Source: Thermoproteota archaeon
GTDB taxonomy: Archaea > Thermoproteota > EX4484-205 > JAAOZP01
Length of the DNA stretch: 17,534 bases
Reading direction: 5' to 3'
Assembly: GCA_049700215.1 (NCBI GenBank)
Contig: JBNAVT010000034.1
Span: 1-17,534, forward strand
The translations under genes were made by a program, and so were the position numbers. The notes beneath the pieces were generated by a model that had not been told where the DNA came from, ran no database searches, and saw only the letters and a program-made list of their open reading frames with translations. Below are positions 14,992 to 17,534 of the stretch, one piece after another; positions within the stretch are counted from its first letter, which is position 1; each line of letters opens with the position of its first letter.

Positions 14992-15780
14992 TTATTCTCT
15001 AAATTTCTGCATTTTATTAAGCAACTTTTTATCTGCCTCAATATCTCCCAGGCAAGTAGAAACCACACCATCTACAACGCCTTGAAGCTCTGCTAAAAAT
15101 TCCTCTGCTTCTTCTAGGGTTGTTGTAGAGGGCCATCCGATTCTTTCCAGAATCTTTTTGTTTTTAGGTGTCTCAACCACAAAATATGGATAAATGGGTT
15201 TTCCTAAATTTTTACACTCCAAAGCCAATTCTTTCAACTTCGGCAGAGAGCTCTTTTCTAAGCGTAGGAAAAGGCAGAAATCCCAAGCGTCTCTTATGCG
15301 TGCAATTGCCTCCTGCGTAGGTCTGCGACTAGTTAAGAGACAGCCTAGTTTCAACTTTTTAATCTTTACAGTATTGCGCAGGAAATCCCTAACTTCTTCT
15401 GCAGGACCAGTTTCGCGTCTGAATCTTTCAATCTCCTCCTTGTCAGAAAGAATCTCGCAGGTTCCGTCTTTTCTCGTCCTTATTGGGTATCCGTATCTGG
15501 GAGCGTCTCCAGGATCAGGCACCATCCCGTAAATCCCTAGGGCTTCACAAGCGCTTGCTGCAGCAGCGATTTCAACCGGCCCTTTATAATTAGTAATAAG
15601 CATGGGTATTATTATTTTTTGAGGATACTTTATCTTAACCGCACAGGCTACTGCAGTAGCGCTGGGAGCAGGTACTCCTCCTGCACTATCGGTGATGTTA
15701 AAGCCATCCACTAAATCCTTTATTTCTTCCGCTAAATCTAAAAAGTCTGCTTTCGGAATAAACTCGTACAATATCTTCAT
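14992..15780 (-). CDS. Divergent methylenetetrahydrofolate reductase (MetF)-like protein
   Basis: N-terminal YEFIP, VDGFNITD..GG, IIPML, ALGI...GDAP resemble the MTHFR barrel (catalytic Glu and Asp positions). Lies beside fhs. The C-terminal half is poorly recognisable. Confidence 0.6.
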   Translation of the reverse strand: MKILYEFIPKADFLDLAEEIKDLVDGFNITDSAGGVPAPSATAVACAVKIKYPQKIIIPMLITNYKGPVEIAAAASACEALGIYGMVPDPGDAPRYGYPIRTRKDGTCEILSDKEEIERFRRETGPAEEVRDFLRNTVKIKKLKLGCLLTSRRPTQEAIARIRDAWDFCLFLRLEKSSLPKLKELALECKNLGKPIYPYFVVETPKNKKILERIGWPSTTTLEEAEEFLAELQGVVDGVVSTCLGDIEADKKLLNKMQKFRE

Positions 15781-15929
15781 TCACTCACTCCTCCTTCCAA
15801 TTTTCTAGGGTTTTAAAGTTAAATGTGTCTTTTTAAACTTTAGCGTTCTAAATTGCTTCCTTCAGAGCGTGCAAGACGATTGATTTAGGCTTTTAAAAAT
15901 AGTTTAAAATTGATTTATGAAGAAGGACC

Positions 15930-16685
15930 CTACACGAGCCTCATTCTTTTAAGGTTTTCTAGACAGCGCTTCACGCATTCCAGAGGCGGATGGGCATAGC
16001 TCTCCTGCTCAACAATATACCACTCGGTTCCGCCGACTGTTCTACACAGCTCAAAGAATTCACGCCACTTCATTTCCCCTTCTCCAACCACTGCCTTAGG
16101 GTCTTTAGAGGAATATTCTTTCACATGCACGGTTACGGCTCTGCCAGGGTACTTCCGGATGATCTCGAGAATGCCTTCAGCATTCACTCCCCCATGCATC
16201 GCGTTCCCAGTGTCGAGCTGCATCACCACTTCAGGGATGGTGGAGCTGAAGAACAAGTCCCATATTTTCTCCCCGTTTACAGTTTTAAATTCCATCACGT
16301 GATTATGGTACCCTACTTTCATCCCTTCTTTTATAAGCTTTCTGGCGATTTCGTTGAAAAGGTTGGCTGTCTCCAGACAACTTTTTTTTGAACTCAGCAT
16401 TTCCGCAGGCAGGCCTGGAACTATTAGAAACCTGTTTTCCAAGACACGGTTGAACTCAACAGTCTTGCCGAGCTCTTCTCCGAGCAGAGTATCTATGCGT
16501 ATATGTGTCCCCGCCACCTTTAAACCAAGGTCGTCAAGGATCGCCCTAAGGTTTTCAGCACTCCTCTCGTAATACCCTGCGAACTCAACCCCCTCGTAAC
16601 CCATTTCAGCAACAGCCTTAAGGGTTCCCTCAAGGTCTTTAGCGCAGTTCTCACGAACCGAGTAAAGCTGTAATGCTATCCCCAT
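15930..16685 (-). CDS. Sugar phosphate isomerase/epimerase (IolE-like TIM barrel)
   Basis: LQLYSVRE, MGYEGVEFAG, GYHNH..EF, QLDTG, HVKE, IVEQE. Confidence 0.92.
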   Translation of the reverse strand: MGIALQLYSVRENCAKDLEGTLKAVAEMGYEGVEFAGYYERSAENLRAILDDLGLKVAGTHIRIDTLLGEELGKTVEFNRVLENRFLIVPGLPAEMLSSKKSCLETANLFNEIARKLIKEGMKVGYHNHVMEFKTVNGEKIWDLFFSSTIPEVVMQLDTGNAMHGGVNAEGILEIIRKYPGRAVTVHVKEYSSKDPKAVVGEGEMKWREFFELCRTVGGTEWYIVEQESYAHPPLECVKRCLENLKRMRLV

Positions 16686-16796
16686 TTTTCCTCCTGCAAA
16701 TGAGAATGCCGAAAATATTTTAACTTTTTGGTTGCAGGCTAGGGTTGCTCCGATCCTCTGCTCACAACGGGTTTGGATTCCGGTTGAGGTTTCCTC

Positions 16797-16832
16797 GCCG
16801 GGTCACGCGGGTTTGCTAAAGGGTGACCCGGC
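16797..16832. repeat. Perfect 10-bp GC-rich inverted repeat
   Basis: GCCGGGTCAC (16797-16806) / GTGACCCGGC (16823-16832) with a 16-nt loop, about 35 nt downstream of the URO-D-like gene. Confidence 0.75.
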
Positions 16833-16866
16833 CAAGTGGGTTTTCAATGGGTTCCTAGGATTCCAG

Positions 16867-17469
16867 TCATCCAACTAAGGGTGGGTTTATGGGTAGGCCA
16901 CCGTGTTTCCAGAGCGTCTCAGTAACCGTTTCAATACCCCTTCTATAGTGGTCCGGGTGAATATCTTCAGTAATGCTCATGATGAATCCTTTTCCAGGCG
17001 CTATTTCCTCCAGCAGCCTTATTGTGAAGCTTCTCATCTCTTCAGTTTCCCTGAGGAACACTTCCTCAGGGAAGTTCATCCATACTACTTTATTCTTCCA
17101 GGCTTCTTTAGCCTCCTTGGGCGGGAGGTCTCCCCCGGGCGGGGGTGTGAAAGCCTCTACGGCGTCAAGCTTAGTCTCGGCTATCATGTTTTTAAGTGCT
17201 TTAAGCCTGCCGTCCATGTGTGAAATAACCATCTTGCCTTTCTCGTGGAGAATATCTGTGTACTTGTTGTAGTAGAGGAGGCAGTATTTTTCGAAGAGGC
17301 TTGGGGATACGAGTGCTGAATCAATGTTGTCGCCCACCCTGACTATTTCAGCCGGCGAGTCGGCTATTATCCTGTACATTTTTAGAAAACTCTTGTCCAG
17401 TGCTTCGACAAGCTCCTCTATCACCCCCCTGTTTCTGCGGTACATGATTGCGAATGTTTTGAAACTCAT
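16867..17469 (-). pseudogene. URO-D / MtaA-CmuA methyltransferase-fold protein, C-terminal half only (5'-truncated or interrupted)
   Basis: GDNID...VSP.LFEKY.L.YY, SHMDG, EAFTPPP.GD, W.NFP, GFIMSITED. Only 200 aa, starting mid-barrel; an in-frame TAG sits at 17496-17494. Confidence 0.6.
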
Positions 17470-17534
17470 GTACCTGATACGACCCTCCTTGTGCTAGTCA
17501 TCGCGGCAAAGCAGTACCGTATCCGGATTCCGCT

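Noticed and set aside
537-17272. Numerous overlapping or antisense ORFs in the track (e.g. 2467-2883, 5914-6231, 10377-10799, 13240-13665, 15990-16391)
   Set aside because: They are shadows of well-supported genes and have no recognisable motifs.
17500-17534. Group II intron domain V
   Set aside because: There is only partial similarity (CCGTAT..CCGCT) at the window edge and no AGC/CGC triad in the expected position; it cannot be supported.

Overview
Archaeal genomic DNA (BRE/TATA promoters, many apparently leaderless genes, archaeal-type MtrH, MNT-HEPN and UPF0175/PIN pairs). The gene content fits a TACK-lineage methylotroph such as Brockarchaeota or Bathyarchaeia; this taxonomy is inference. 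The left ~6.8 kb is accessory: an orphan IS200/IS605-like right end, two toxin-antitoxin pairs, a repeat-tailed acylphosphatase-like protein, YjbQ, a HAD hydrolase, a MoaD-like protein lacking the C-terminal GG, a CbiR-like TIM barrel and an aldo/keto reductase. 7.1-15.8 kb is a tetrahydrofolate C1 cluster: folC, a 5-formyl-THF cyclo-ligase fused to an ECF-type S-component, folD, purN, a stand-alone MtrH/MtgA-like methyltransferase, fhs and a divergent MetF-like gene. Together these suggest folate scavenging coupled to methyl oxidation to formate. The window ends with a TIM-barrel sugar isomerase and a 5'-truncated URO-D/MtaA-family gene. The most unusual item is the cyclo-ligase/ECF S-component fusion. 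All calls rest on motif recognition by eye, with no database searches.
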